Of a stretch of 61,326 bases of DNA, positions 36,601 to 49,294 are shown in pieces (positions within the stretch are counted from its first letter, which is position 1; each line of letters begins with the position of its first letter). Source of the stretch: Psammoneis japonica (Eukaryota); contig QPGO01000209.1 in assembly GCA_008632985.1 (NCBI GenBank), positions 62,001 to 123,326 on the forward strand. Direction: 5' to 3'. Both the position numbers and the translations under genes were made by a program. The notes under the pieces are model-generated. The model saw only the letters and a program-made list of their open reading frames with translations, was not told where the DNA came from and made no database searches.

Positions 36601-38150
36601 CCAGTCCGTTTGTCACGGCCTCTTGCCATGCGAGATGCAAGTTCCGATTCACAAACTAGACCAAAATCCCACAATCGTTTCGGCACCTTCTTCCTCGTCA
36701 TCCGCAGGCGCCAACGCTTGGCCAAGAACCCGATCTCTCTTTCTGCTGCGTGATTCTGATTCTTGCAACCTTGTTCCATTGTCCTGAGTTGGATCCTCAT
36801 TCGACGTGCGTGTTTCACAAACTCGGCACTTCGTCCTGTGAACTCTCCAGCACCATCCGATGTGAGACATTCCGGCACTCCCACATCGTCTGTAAAGTCA
36901 ATGAGAGACAAACCTGCCTCCGACCTTGCGGTCATTGGCACAACCTTTACGAACTTGCCCTGAGCACAAACATTGGCACAAGTGTTGCCGAGCAAAGATT
37001 TCACCTTGGATGTTAATGTGTCCACAAACCATGTCCCTTTTAATCTTTTTCGATGCAGGTCCAAGTGATCCACCCTAACTCTCCTTGACATTGGTTGGGC
37101 CGCCGTCCGCACACCGCATTGTGCAGTTACATTGAGAGTGTCCTTAGCCGTTTCCAAGCCGACGTTCCACTTTCGTGCTAGCTCTTCAGCGTCGATCTTG
37201 GAGTGACGGTCCTCACTGCGCAACTCCTCAACAGATCTTGCTCTTTCGTCTGTGTCTGACCCACACGCGCAAGCTGCGTTGACCAAACTGATGAGCCTGT
37301 CACAAAAGGATTTAAGATGATAGACTGGAGACAATCGAGTGAGTTCAGCTTCAACCTCGCCCCATTGGACTGCTTGAGACTTGGCCCTGTCGCTCTTCAT
37401 TTCTGAAATCTGTTCCTGTCTCATGCCAGATGTCATCAAACGGATGGCACGGATCTCAGATTGCTCCCTTGTGCGCTGTGGTAAACCCATGTCGACTTCT
37501 GTTGGATTCCACACGTCTCCTTTCAGCAGCATCACTGGCAAGTTCTTCTCCTCCCAATCCGTCGGAACACGAGACTTGAAAGATGCAATTGTCCCCGTGG
37601 AATTGAAAGGTATGAAAGCTTCATCAGCTTCGATCCCAAACCCATTTCGAGTGTCGCAAGGGTTGTCGTGTACGGGCACATCACACGCTTGCAACTGATT
37701 GGGGTTCAACAATGAATGCTGCATGTCAGTTCCAAACCACAACATTTGGTCTCCAACCAGTGAGCACTCACGAGTCGTTTCCGGATCCGTCCATGCTGTG
37801 CAACAACGCGCCACAGGAATCTGTTTAACCGGCTCATGCGAATCTAGAAACGGGTGCACTTCACAGACTTCGTTCGTCAATTCCATGAGTTTCCAGTTGG
37901 CGCCAGCACAACAAGTGTCCGCATGAGTGTCACATTCGTTCCTCGCCATGAAGCCGGGTGTCGTTAAGTTCGTCATCGCGGTGGCAGTCGTTGACCTTGT
38001 CACACATTTCGAAGTCACAGCAACGCGCCTTTTTGTTACCTTCTCTTGCAAATGAAACATTGGGTGGGGTTTGGTTAACAACATGATGAGCAACATGAAT
38101 GCAAATGACATGTGCACCAAGTGTGCCAACGCTCCCGTAGTTGAAACCAC
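33621..38150 (-). pseudogene. Copia pol, uninterrupted 1509-aa ORF with pervasive missense change; ancestral stop probably at 33828-33830
   Basis: PR DTHADTCCAG; IN WFVDTL..SDGAGEF..NHAAEREI; RT KARFVAGG, DLENAHL, ALHGLKSSG, YVDD; RH FVDANHAG, ESATFGSE, CDN, NLADFFTK; only 4 Tyr. Confidence 0.92.
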
Positions 38151-38159
38151 CCCGATCAG

Positions 38160-39480
38160 TCAAGCATGACCTTGGTGGGCTCCTCGACCGAAAGCACGCC
38201 CATTTCTGCCACCACGATCACGGTCAGCTCCGCGACCGCAGCCACCGCCTTCACCTTGCGCTTGACCTTGCTGCTCTTGACCTTGACGGTCTTGAACCTG
38301 AGCTTTGGCTACTTGCCCATTGCCTCCGGCGCGTCCGCCTCTTCCTGCAGGGTTTCCTTGGCCACCGCGTCCGCGCATCCTTTCACGAGCCTGAAAAACA
38401 TAATTGAGACCTCCGTTAAAGCGCAACCTGTCCCATTCCTGGTCGGCAAATGTCCTCGCAGGATCCGATGCGTCGACTCCGTCAATCACAGTTGTGCGAT
38501 CACCGCCCCTTCCTTGATGTCCTCCGCATCCTCCACCGCAGCCAAATCCACCACCACGCCCACGACCGCCGTGATGGAAACCTCGGCCACCGCCGCCACC
38601 TCGGCTGACCTGAGAAATCTTGCGCTTCGCACAATGCCGGGCTTCCAACTGAGCACCTGCATGCAAACAAGAGACTTCGGATGAGAAACAAGCACACGCC
38701 CCCGCGAAGTCACGAGGGCACTGGTTGCCAATGACGGCCGCAGCCGCCACAAGACGGGCATCCTCCGATTTGATGCCCTTCTGCAACATTTCAACCTTCT
38801 GCCGAGCAGACATGCTTTCATCTGGAACCTCGTCCAAAGCAGCAAAGGCACTGGTGAGTTTCTCCGTGAATTTCTCAAACGCAAGTGCACCTTCCTTTTT
38901 GTAGAATGACGTTTCGATGTTGGCCTCAGCCAAATGAACTCGCTTGCTCAATTCGCCTTCGCCGTTGCAATGGTTGACCCAGGCCCAGAATGCTTCGCGT
39001 CCATTCTCTGTTGCGTCACATGAAACAAGTTCAAGAAATCGTCTTCACACACGTCAAAATCTTCCGCTTTGAATTTGGTGAGGCTGTCAACCATCGCAGT
39101 GGATTCCGTAAACTCCTTTTCAACACGCCTGCCGTCCCCAGCCGCCGCCATAGCTGCAATGTCAAAATTCGCCATGACCAGTGGCTGGTTCCGTTTCGTT
39201 AAATCTCTCAACCACCAAACCAACGCCTGCAAGTTCTTAATCTGCATCGTCCCCAGCGTCACGCGTCCATTGGCTGCTGTACGACGAGCCGCCCTTTGGG
39301 CTAGATCCTCAACATCGTGGTCTGTTTCCACAACAGCAACATTCTCAAGAGCAGCAAACCCTTCACAGAAAACAAGCCTCGCCCCAGCGTTCTGGTCAAC
39401 AACACCACAAACCTGCAATGCCGCGTCTGCATCAGCCACCGCGGCCAAAGCCGCAAGTGCCGCTGCTGGTGCCGCTGCCA
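38160..39480 (-). pseudogene. Copia gag, frameshifted or internally deleted near 38950-39020
   Basis: RTAANGRVTLG..IKNLQALVWW; FYKKEGALAFEKF; Gly/Arg-rich tail and NGVD-like DGVDASDP.RTF..EW. Confidence 0.85.
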
Positions 39481-39923
39481 TCCTGTGACAAGAGAAATGG
39501 AGGCAACAACCCATGCAATGGGTCGCAATTTGGTGTGAGTGCGCATGGCACAGGAGGCTTCACCGACCGGTGCTGTGACGACGGGTTCACGCAGCCAACC
39601 GACTTCGGGGTGATCAATTCCGTGTCGTTTCCATTGTGAGCACACGCTCGGGCATGCTGCCCAATGCCGCAGTCGCTCCACACCCGTTAACAACATGGAG
39701 ATGGTGACCATTTTGCGAGTGTTTTCCGTTGCAAGCTGTTTCCTTTGGTCGTCATACGCGACACAGAACACACGCTGCACGCGACAACCCCCTTTCGACG
39801 CTGCACGTACAAATCAGTACATTTTCTACAGCTGCTCGTTCCATGCACACAATCACAACAATCAACCGTTTACAACGAGTTGTTTCCTTGTCCGTTTCGT
39901 TCAGCTTTTCATCAATGGCTCTG

Positions 39924-40106
39924 AAAAGCGAACAAATGCCGATGCAGCCGCGTGGGGCAATGACAGCACCTTGAGCCTGAGAGCAGCAGTGATGGGCCAA
40001 AGAGAATCCCATTCCAATTAGATCGTGTGAGATTGTGGGAAAGAACAAACCACCAGATCGTGTGCGTCAGCCCTGGACCAGGGACTGACCGCTCCACCCA
40101 GATTCA
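39924..40106 (-). repeat. Copia 5' LTR
   Basis: Ungapped match to 33478-33660. Confidence 0.9.
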
Positions 40107-40399
40107 CTTGAAAGTTCTGCATTTTAATCCTCATGATGGATGTCAATCATTCCGCCAACTTTCACCTTTTTCTGCTTCCCCTCCAAAGCCCCTCCTTGCC
40201 AGAAAATCACAATGTTTCATTTGCACCATTCACCTGAGCAATCGTGTGTGGGGCATTTGTCCCTTCCACTTGTGATCTTTGGACCCAATCCCCATGTTTT
40301 TGGTGGGTCAGTGCAGAGCTGCAAAAGTGGTGTGACCAGCAGCCGCAGGATTCTGCGTCTGCTGTTCACACTGTGATTGCCCATGGTGGTTTGCCTCTC

Positions 40400-43300
40400 C
40401 CACCATTGCAACAATGCCCCGGCTCAAAGTCATGCCCAAGCAAAAGCAGTGTCTCTCTTCTTGCTCTGATGATTTGTTTGAGGATGACACCATGAAGTGC
40501 CGTGCACACCAAGAACCAGAATGGTTGCTGGAGCTGGCCCAGCTCTGACACTGAGTGGAGTCATCTCTATGATGCACACCCACATCGACCATGTTGACAA
40601 CATCCGAAACATCAGGAACAAGCTCAAATGTTCGTTCATCACACCAGAGACCTTTGCAGAGTGTCAGGCAGCCCTTCGTGCAGCTCAGTCTGAATGCAAG
40701 AGAATTGCGGTGGCAAGCATTGTGCATCAAGAGAACAAGACAGCAGAGAAGATTGCCGCGTTAGTGTTGGAAGGCACCAAGGCTTCCAAGCAGAAAGCTG
40801 CCATCTTACGAAATGTTTGGAAAGCCAAGGAGACCCAGAAGTTGTTTCAGAAGATCCAGTTTTGATCGTGACACAGGTGTCAACAGTGCACAAGTGCCCC
40901 GCAACCCTGAGGTGCATCCCAAAGAGTGTGAAGACTGGACTGTGATCAATGCCCCAGAAGATGTTGCTGCAGTGCTTTGACTTTGCAGTCAAAAACACTT
41001 TGGACAGGCTCACGGTGCTCCTCCTGCCCCCCCCCCCCCCTGTTGGTGGATCTTGGTTACATCGGCAACACAGTTTTTGCTGATCTTGTTCTCAATGGCG
41101 AGCATGACACTTCTCAACTAAATGAGGCAATGTCTTGATTTGTCCAACACCTTTGCCGCCGGTCTCCTGTCTCAGCATCCTCATTCCTTGCAGCGGATGA
41201 CTTAGAAGGCAAGATGAAATCTTGGACCAAGTCTGCATCCACTTCCATCAAGTCAGGACTTCATTTGGGCCGCTGGAAAGCCACGCATGCCACCCACTCT
41301 CAGTCCAACGCAACCACCCCAGAAGGTGATCCTACGGAAGACCGCAAGCCTCTCAATGCCACTCAAAGCACTCTCATTCAAATGAGATTGAACCTCTTGA
41401 ATTGTGCTCTCCATTGGGGGTGCTCTCATGACAGATGGAAAGATGTTGTTGATGTCATGATCTTCAAGGAGGCCAGGAACAACAAGATCCACCACTTGCA
41501 AGTCATTCACATCTACGAGGCAGACTTTCAATTAATCTCAAGTGTGATGTGGCGGTCCCTTGCTCACAATGTGGAACAACATAAACTCTACAATCCTGGG
41601 ACATGCGGAACTTGCTCCTTCCTGAATGCCAATGCCCCTGTGCACCTCAAGGAACTTGTGCTTGAAACAAGTCAAGTCTCCCAAAAAACTGCCATTCACA
41701 GCAATGACGACTGCACCTCCTGCTGTGGTTGCAACATTCTGGTGCCAGCAGCTCTGGAGAGTTGCAGCAACAGCATGCCAAAAGAAGTTGTTCAGACCGC
41801 AAATTGCACTCTTCAACAGGCACGCTGCTGGCTAAAAACTGCCATTGGTCTGTCCCAAGCGTCTCCCTCACATTCCTCTGACTCTCCCATTTACAGCACT
41901 GGTCAGGGCAGTGGCAATTCTCCTTTCCATTGGAACCAAATGTGCAACAGCCTTTTTGAGATTTTGACCAACACGCTCATGGAGCTCATTTTGAATCCCC
42001 AAATCATTTTGGTTTCCAGTGAGACATTTGACCGCGGACATGTCAATGACACCTTGAAGCAAGTTGGCATTTTCACTGCCTCCCCTCAACCCTCTGTGTG
42101 CTGGTCTTGGCTTTCAAAATGCAGGAGGACAGCCAGCTGTGGTGTGATCTTCTTCATGGTGCTGGCCACAAATTGGAACCACCCAAATGTTCACACCATG
42201 TCATCAAATGGCACTTCACTGAGGATGGTGAGCCGCACCTTGCTGCTTACAATGACAATGTCATCATTGATGTTTCCTCTGCCAATCAGTCACACTTGAG
42301 GTCCAGCATTCAGCTGTCTGCCTGCACGTCACACAAGACCCTTGGACACTTCAAGCCTCCAGCTGGAACACAGAAAACCCACTGCAAGGTTCTCAAGAAA
42401 CAGAGCAATGGCATTGCTCTCTTCCTTTGATCCTGCCCCCCTGGACAGAAAGGAAGCTTGGACGCACTGCTTGGCTTGCTGCTCAGTGTGCTTGACGTGC
42501 ACCCTCCTGAATTCCCATTTTGCTCTGAATGAACTTCTTGAGATCCAACAAAAAGCCATGCACACAACATTTGCCAAATGTGGATGCAATCAAAATGCCA
42601 AACAAGATGTCCTTTTTGGTCCTTGTGCACGGCGTTGGCCAAGCAGTGCAGTTCTTGTCTCATTGGTGTGGTGTCCACCAGCCAGCAACGTCATCTCACA
42701 TTGCAGTTTCATGGATGCAATTCCATCTTGGCACAGGCGTCAGCTTCCTGAAAGATGTTCATTCGAAGTTGCTTCACTCTGAGTCCAAATGGTTCATGTC
42801 ACTCCACTCGTTTTTTGTCCAGAGTGGATGCTCATTTTGATTTGGAAGACACATGCATGCTTCCTCTCCAGAGGGACAACAAGCAATGTGTCATGGATGT
42901 GGTTCTCAAATCAGGGACATTTTCTGACCAACAAATGCGCTGGGTGAATTGTTGTTGTCTGTACCTCAACGTCCTCACAATTTCCAATGTTGCCTTGCCA
43001 GATGGCTGGTTCTTGGATTGCCAAATGTCCCCAGCTGCACCCTCTGTTTTAGGCAGCTCATCCACGTTGAACCTGGTGGAACAAGCTCTCCCATCCTCAC
43101 GTGCCTGGAAACAGTGGCAGTGGTTTTGCAGCTTTGCAAGCAGAGGAAAAGACCTCAAGTCATGTGACCCATTGGGCTCCTGGGTTGTCCTGGCTGCTGA
43201 GATGCGGATGACATTCCCAGTGTGTTATGAACCTGATGAAGGCCACTCATGTGTGAGATCTCTGGATGGGTTTCAAGTGTTTCCCGTGATGCGTGGTGTC

Positions 43301-44950
43301 ACTCCTCACATTGATCCCCTCAAGACCATTCCTGCCTTTTCTCCCCTGGCATCACCTGTCATGGTCAACACCATTGAAGATGGTCGATGGTGAATCCAAA
43401 GCACCGGTGCCATGTTTGATCTTTCTCCCCCAACTCCAGTTCCTTCAGACTTTCTTGCATGGCTGCAGCCATTTTTGAACTGGCCGAGACTCTTCAGTTT
43501 CATTGTGCAACAGCAGCAAGCAATGGGTCAGTTGTTGGTTCCAATGCCACCTTTGGATGGACGCTTGCAATTGACGGAAATGTTCTCATTGATTGTGCAG
43601 GTCCAGTTTTTGGCTTTTGCCTGTCATCCCACCAAGCAGAGGCATGTGGGCCACTCTCCATCCTTCGATTCATTCTCAGGGCAATGGAATTCTGTCAAAC
43701 TCTCTTTCCGGGCTTGGACACACATCACAATGACTCTGCTGTTGTCTGCAACATGAGCAATCTCCTTCCTGTCCCCACATCTGCTGAAGACAATTCCACT
43801 GCGCAACATGACTGCTGCCGTTGATTTCACATGGCTGACACCATGTCAACTGATTGGGACGTGGTGAACAAAATTTTTCATTCAGTCCATTCTCTCCTGT
43901 CCAAGCCGTCATGCACCCAGGTCACATTTCATTGGATCAAGGGGCATCAAGATGACGCAGCTCCCTGTGAAACCCTGTCCCTTCTGGCACAGCTGAACAT
44001 TTGAGCGGATTTCATCGCAGGTCAACATCAAGGAAAACATCCTTGGTCTACATTGATTGCTCCCAGGGTGCCACACTGCCCCACCAACCTCATTGTTCAT
44101 GATGCCTTGGTGCACTCCAAGTGCAAACCAGTGCTCTGATGCAAAGCCTCAAGCCCAGCTGTTGTTGCACACATGAAAGAGAAGCATGCTTGGACAGACA
44201 AGGTCTTCCAGCTCATTGATTGGCAGGCACACTCCAAACTCATGTTGCCGAACATTGCCAGGAAAGTGAGCACAGTCAAACTGGTGCAAGATTTGTTGCC
44301 AACTGACAAGATTGTCCACCGTTGCAATCCTGTTTGACCTGATTGTTGCATCCATTGCCAACATCTGATGGAGGACAGAGATCACATTCTACATTGCCCC
44401 CACAATGAAGCATGGCACCACCCTTTCTTCAAGGATTGCAGAAGAAATGTGATGACATGCACACTTCCCCTCCCATGCAAGATGTTCTGATCATTGTGGT
44501 TGAAGCTTGGTTCTGTGAAGACATTGTCTGTGCCAACAAGCTCCACCACAGCATTTTGGAGATGTTCCATGCACAGAAACAAATTGGCTGGCAGCACATT
44601 TTCAATGGGCAATTCTCCACTTGTTGGAACAGAGCACACCTCATGCATTTACAAACAATCAAAAACTTAGACTGCAATGCCTCCAGAGTTGACTGGGCAG
44701 CTGCCATCTGCAGTTTCACATGGTCTCAATGGCAGGCATTGTGGGATCAACACAATGAAGCTGTTCATGGACAAGACGCAGAAACCAGTGAGTTGGCACA
44801 ACAGCATGATGCGGAGGCAGAAGTCAAGGCTGCACACTCCCATTCCAATGACTGCCTGGCCAAAGATTGAGCAACTGTGTGTGACTCTGTCAACAAACAT
44901 CTCACCCATTTGACTCATCACATTTAGATTTGGTTGGCAATTGTCCAACC
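40400..44950 (+). mobile_element. Degenerate non-LTR retrotransposon (RT plus RNase H plus C-terminal CCHC)
   Basis: SGLHLGRWKA, RWKDVVDVMIFKE..KIHHLQVIHIYEAD, GQGSGNSP, KLEPPKC, KTLGH; RNase H ASNGSV..FGW..SSHQAEACG, WIKGHQDD; terminal EDRDHILHC; many stops; ends approximate. Confidence 0.85.
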
Positions 44951-47900
44951 CATGTTTAAATCAGGCATTTGCAAGGCAAAACAACTGGCCTTGCACGGCA
45001 CTTGCACTGTTGCCAATCTTGGCTGATCGCTGTGTGCCCCTGCTGCACTCAAGTGCACTGGGGGTGTGGGCTGGCTTGTTTGCCAGAGTTGCAGGGTGGA
45101 AGTGCAGGAGCATCTTAAAAACAGATGTTTGTTTTTGTTTTTCTTTGAGGATGACACCAAATGTGAAACTGGCGCCATGATCTGCTTTGTCATGTCTCCT
45201 GACCACAATGGTTTGTTGCTTGATGTTTTGTCTCCCTCCAATGTGGCGGCAAGCCCCTCTGCTGACGTCAATCTTAGCTCTGATGACAACTCCGATGGCA
45301 ACAACTTGACCAGCCAAGGCAATTCTCATGCCAGGGCACCGTCTGCATCTGGAGACCTTGACGGCCATGCCAGTGATCTTTCTTTTCCCAATGAAGACAA
45401 CATGGACAACAATTTTTTAGACAGAAGCAATGGCTCTGTGCTGGACAACAAAGCTGAAGTGCACACCAACGGTGTTGGCAGTGCCTGCACAACCAAGGCT
45501 CAATTAAAAAAATCATTGAGATGCAGCGCCGCTGTCAGCACTTTCTTGAGACTTCTGAATGGACTCCCTCCCCTGACCTCATTGCTCTGCCCTTTGTTTG
45601 TTGCAACCACCAGAATCAAGCCTCCCGTTTCTTCATGGAAGTGTTGATGGTCAATGACACAGTTGCTCATTCTCTTGGCTGTGAAGATGGCTTTCATCAT
45701 GCAAAAGTTGTGGCTGGTTGTGTTTCCACCGCAAAGATGGGAGGTGTGTTCTGGAGCACCGCAAGCTGGCTGAAAGCTTTTCCAATCTTTCCCAATTCGG
45801 CAAAAATCTCCATGCAATCATTGACAATTTATGCAAGATGACAGTGCACGATTGACTTGGCAACATCCCTTGCTTCCTGCGGATCACCAGCTTCCATTCC
45901 AAGTTTAATTTTTTTGCGCAATGCCTGAGCATTGCGGCTGCCACAACGGACTGTTGCTTTCCACCTCACATTGACAAAGAGTGCGGCAATTTTTGACACT
46001 GGTCCACCATTGTTTTTTCTGGCTGCAAAAAAGAGAAAACAGTTTGTGCTGTCTTGCAATGATGTTTTGACCCTGATGAACACAGATGAGAAGGTGAAGG
46101 ATGGGAAGGTTGCCAAGACAATCCCAACCAAACATCTGGAATGTGTCAAGGCTTGCATTGACACTTGTGCCTTGGCAAAAGACAAGGCACAAAAACACCA
46201 AGAGTTGGTTGAACGTGAGCTCCACTCCACCTTCAAGCATTCCTGCAAGGACACAAACCATTTCAAGTTGCACAACCTGGCAATTGTGCAATCACGTGTC
46301 TGCAATCTCATGCATCCATGCCTTTCCCCGTGAAGCCAAGGCAAAGTTTGTCTCTTCCACCCAGAGGACAAAGAAAAGGAAGGAGTCCTCCACTGTGTTG
46401 GCTGGTTCTCTGGCACCTCCGCCCACTTCATTTGCCAAAGACATCAACCAGAATCCTGTTGCTCAGCCAACTGGCACCATGGCCGATGCCCCACCTGCCG
46501 CCAAATGCTCCATCAGTGCGCTTGCCTCCCAGTTGCAACCTTTGGCTGATGACATGGTTGAGTTGTTGTTGGATGGAGAGTCGTCATTGGCAGGTGAATT
46601 GTTGAACAATGAAGACCCCATTCAGAATGTCCCCAACACCTGTGTGGATGGTCCATCCACAGCAGTTGCTTCTGCTGCAGCATCAATCACATCAATGAGA
46701 TCCACAACCTCCTTGTCAATTGATGATTGGTTCCCCTGTGGTCATTGTTGCAGCTTTGCATCACCCGCTGATTCCTCAAGATGTGCTCCTTGCATTTGTG
46801 TTTTTTTATGATCTGGACAACGATGACAAGCACAATGAGGCTGTGGACCTGCAGCTGCCAACAACAGCTTTCAGCTCCATCTTGAAGTTTCCTTCTCTGT
46901 CTTGGTCAGTCCAAAGTGTGAGACTTGCGTGACATTCTCTGCACCACCAGCTTCCCAGGAATGCAGGTGATTGTCAAACATTGCTGCAAACACACCCCAT
47001 GGATTGCTGCCAAAGTCAACACCATCAAAGGCGTTTCACAGTGGATGCATTGTGCAAAGATGGGCAAGAAGGGCTGTTGCAAGCTTTTTTTGTCTCTCAA
47101 GACAATCATCCAGTGGACTGCCTGTGCTGACTGCAGCTGCGGAGACAGTGCATCCAAGTGCCAGCTTGTCAAGAGATGGGGCACAATCTCCACATTGGCT
47201 GGCAAGCAGGAAAGGCCCAGTTCATTGGTTGGACAGTTGGTGTTTGCAACATTGTTGGCAGAACACATGCAAAAACGGTGGACCCAACAGGGGTCACCCC
47301 CATTGTTTGCTTTCTGTCTGCAGACAAAGTCTTGTGACTTCCGGTCCCCAAATGTGGGCCCTCATGCAAGGAGGACGCGCATCTGCCGGCAAACACCACC
47401 AAGGCTTGCCATCATGTGGGGGGGTCTGCCTGCAAGGCCTTGAGATCTTCCAACAGAAAAGACAACATGTCATGGTGCGCCTGTGTGTTTGAGGGAGAAG
47501 ACTCCCCCCCGAATGGCCCTCGCTCACATTGTCATTCTCATCCAATGTGCCACTTGCACCCCCCTTGTCCAGGCTGAGGATGAACCCAAGGTGACGCCAA
47601 GCACAATCATGCTCCCGCACATGCCACTTGGCTTGAAGAATGCAAAACAACCAGGGCTTGAGAGGACCCCTTTGACAGGCATCAGCACCTGTCTGATCAG
47701 CGCACAAGCCAACAGGCAAGAGCAAGTCTTTCTCACAGTGAAAGTCCTCAGGGAGGTCATTGCATGTGTCAGAGCACCATTTGTTGGACATGATCTTGCC
47801 AAAATCATGGTCATCAACAGGAACAAACTTGTGGAAACGTGCATGGATGGACTGGCTGCTGTTGAGATTGTGCTCGTTGTCAAACATCGAGTGGGCAAGC

Positions 47901-48178
47901 AAATTTCTCAACATGTCCCGCATGTGGAAGCAAGTGACTTCCCGTCTGCCAATGATGCAAGTGTTGGGCTGGGGCAGGAAAACCTTCTTTCTGAGTTTTT
48001 TTGCCAACAAGTCTCAGCCAAGACACTGGGAACAATCAAACTTCCGCTTCTTGTGGGGTCATCACAAAAGGGAGAGCAGCTGCCTGAAAAATTGACGAGT
48101 GGCACCGGAATTGTCACACAGCGTGATCAGCTCCAGCAAAGCTTCCTCCTTGAGTGAAAAGGTTGGCAAATCATGTGC

Positions 48179-48567
48179 GACGCGTTCCAGGTCTAGGTGG
48201 GACCTCGCACTGCTGAACTGTGACATCGACAGTTTTTTGAATCTCGTCGTATGTCGCGCACGTAGAATTCTACGTGATTTTTTGACATTTTGTGTCATTT
48301 TACGGTACACTTATTGAGCGATCCGTCCAAAAACTTTTGACATTTTTTGTTACAGCGCGATTCTATAATGTCTTAAAAATCGCGTAGGGCAGGTGCATTT
48401 GCAAAAACGTCGAGTGGTAAGAGGCATAATTGTACCACAAACTTGGCCGTTTATTTGATGTTGAAGATAAATGTGTCCATTAATTAAATTCTCGTACTAC
48501 GGAGCTCGCACGTAGAATTCTACGGGCCAAATGTCACACGGAGTCCCACCTAGGGCTGGAACGCGTC
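48179..48567. mobile_element. 389-bp MITE, GACGCG...CGCGTC termini, 4-bp TSD GTGC, unmutated
   Basis: gtgc at 48175-48178 and 48568-48571; termini homologous to the 666 and 1103 copies; 18-bp palindrome cacgtagaattctacgtg at 48259-48276. Confidence 0.95.
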
Positions 48568-48904
48568 GTGCCTCAACATGCATGATCCAGGTGCAGTGTG
48601 GAGGACATGGTGGATCAGGACAGGGTAGATTCTTCAGATGTCTCATCCAGAGGAGAGGACAAAGATGCAGCAAGAGTGCCAGGGAACATTTTGCAACAAG
48701 AGGAGTCACCGTCACAATCTTCCTCCTCCCCCCCCCCCTCCTCCTCCTCCTCTGCTTCCTTGTTGGGTGCAGGAGACAGCTCCGGGTCTTCCGCGTGTGG
48801 GAAACTGGGTGGGTTGCCTGCATCTGCATTGGAGTCAGTGCAGGGATTTGCTGCTTTGTCTTTCTTGGAGGCAGAAACGGACAACTGACGAGCAATGTGC
48901 TGTT

Positions 48905-49294
48905 GACGCGTTCCAGCCCTAGGTGGGACTCCGTGTGACATTGGGCCCGTAGAATTCTACGTGCGAGCTCCGTAGTACGAGAATTTAATTAATGGATATA
49001 TTTATCTTCAACATCAAATAAACGGCCAAGTTTGTGGTACAATTATGCCTCTTACCACTCGACGTTATTGCAAATGCGCCTGCCCTACGCGATTCTTAAG
49101 ACATTATAGAATCGCGCTGTAACAAAAAATGTCAAAAGTTGTTAGACGGATCGCTCAATAAGTGTACCGTAAAATGACACAAAATATCGAAAAAATCACG
49201 TAGAAATCTACGTGCGCGACATACGACGTGATTCAAAAAACTATCGATGTCACAGTTCAGCAGCACGAGGTCCCACCTAGACCTGGAACGCGTC
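48905..49294. mobile_element. 390-bp MITE, inverted near-copy of 48179-48567, 4-bp TSD TGTT, unmutated
   Basis: tgtt at 48901-48904 and 49295-49298. Confidence 0.95.

Larger units (their letters stand above)
33478..40106 (-). mobile_element. Near full-length Ty1/Copia (CoDi-type) LTR retrotransposon
   Basis: Two ~183-bp LTRs; gag then pol in PR-IN-RT-RH order; purine-rich GGGGACCGAG just inside the 3' LTR; TSD not resolved. Confidence 0.95.

Noticed and set aside
33621..38150. Alternative genetic code or Tyr codon reassignment
   Set aside because: Neighbouring genes use TAY and TAA/TAG normally, and non-coding LTRs, TIRs and TSDs show the same change.
48179..49294. Sequencing or basecalling artefact explaining TA loss
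   Set aside because: Boundaries coincide with TE ends, and homologous sites go to TG in one copy and CA in another. A read-level check is still advisable.
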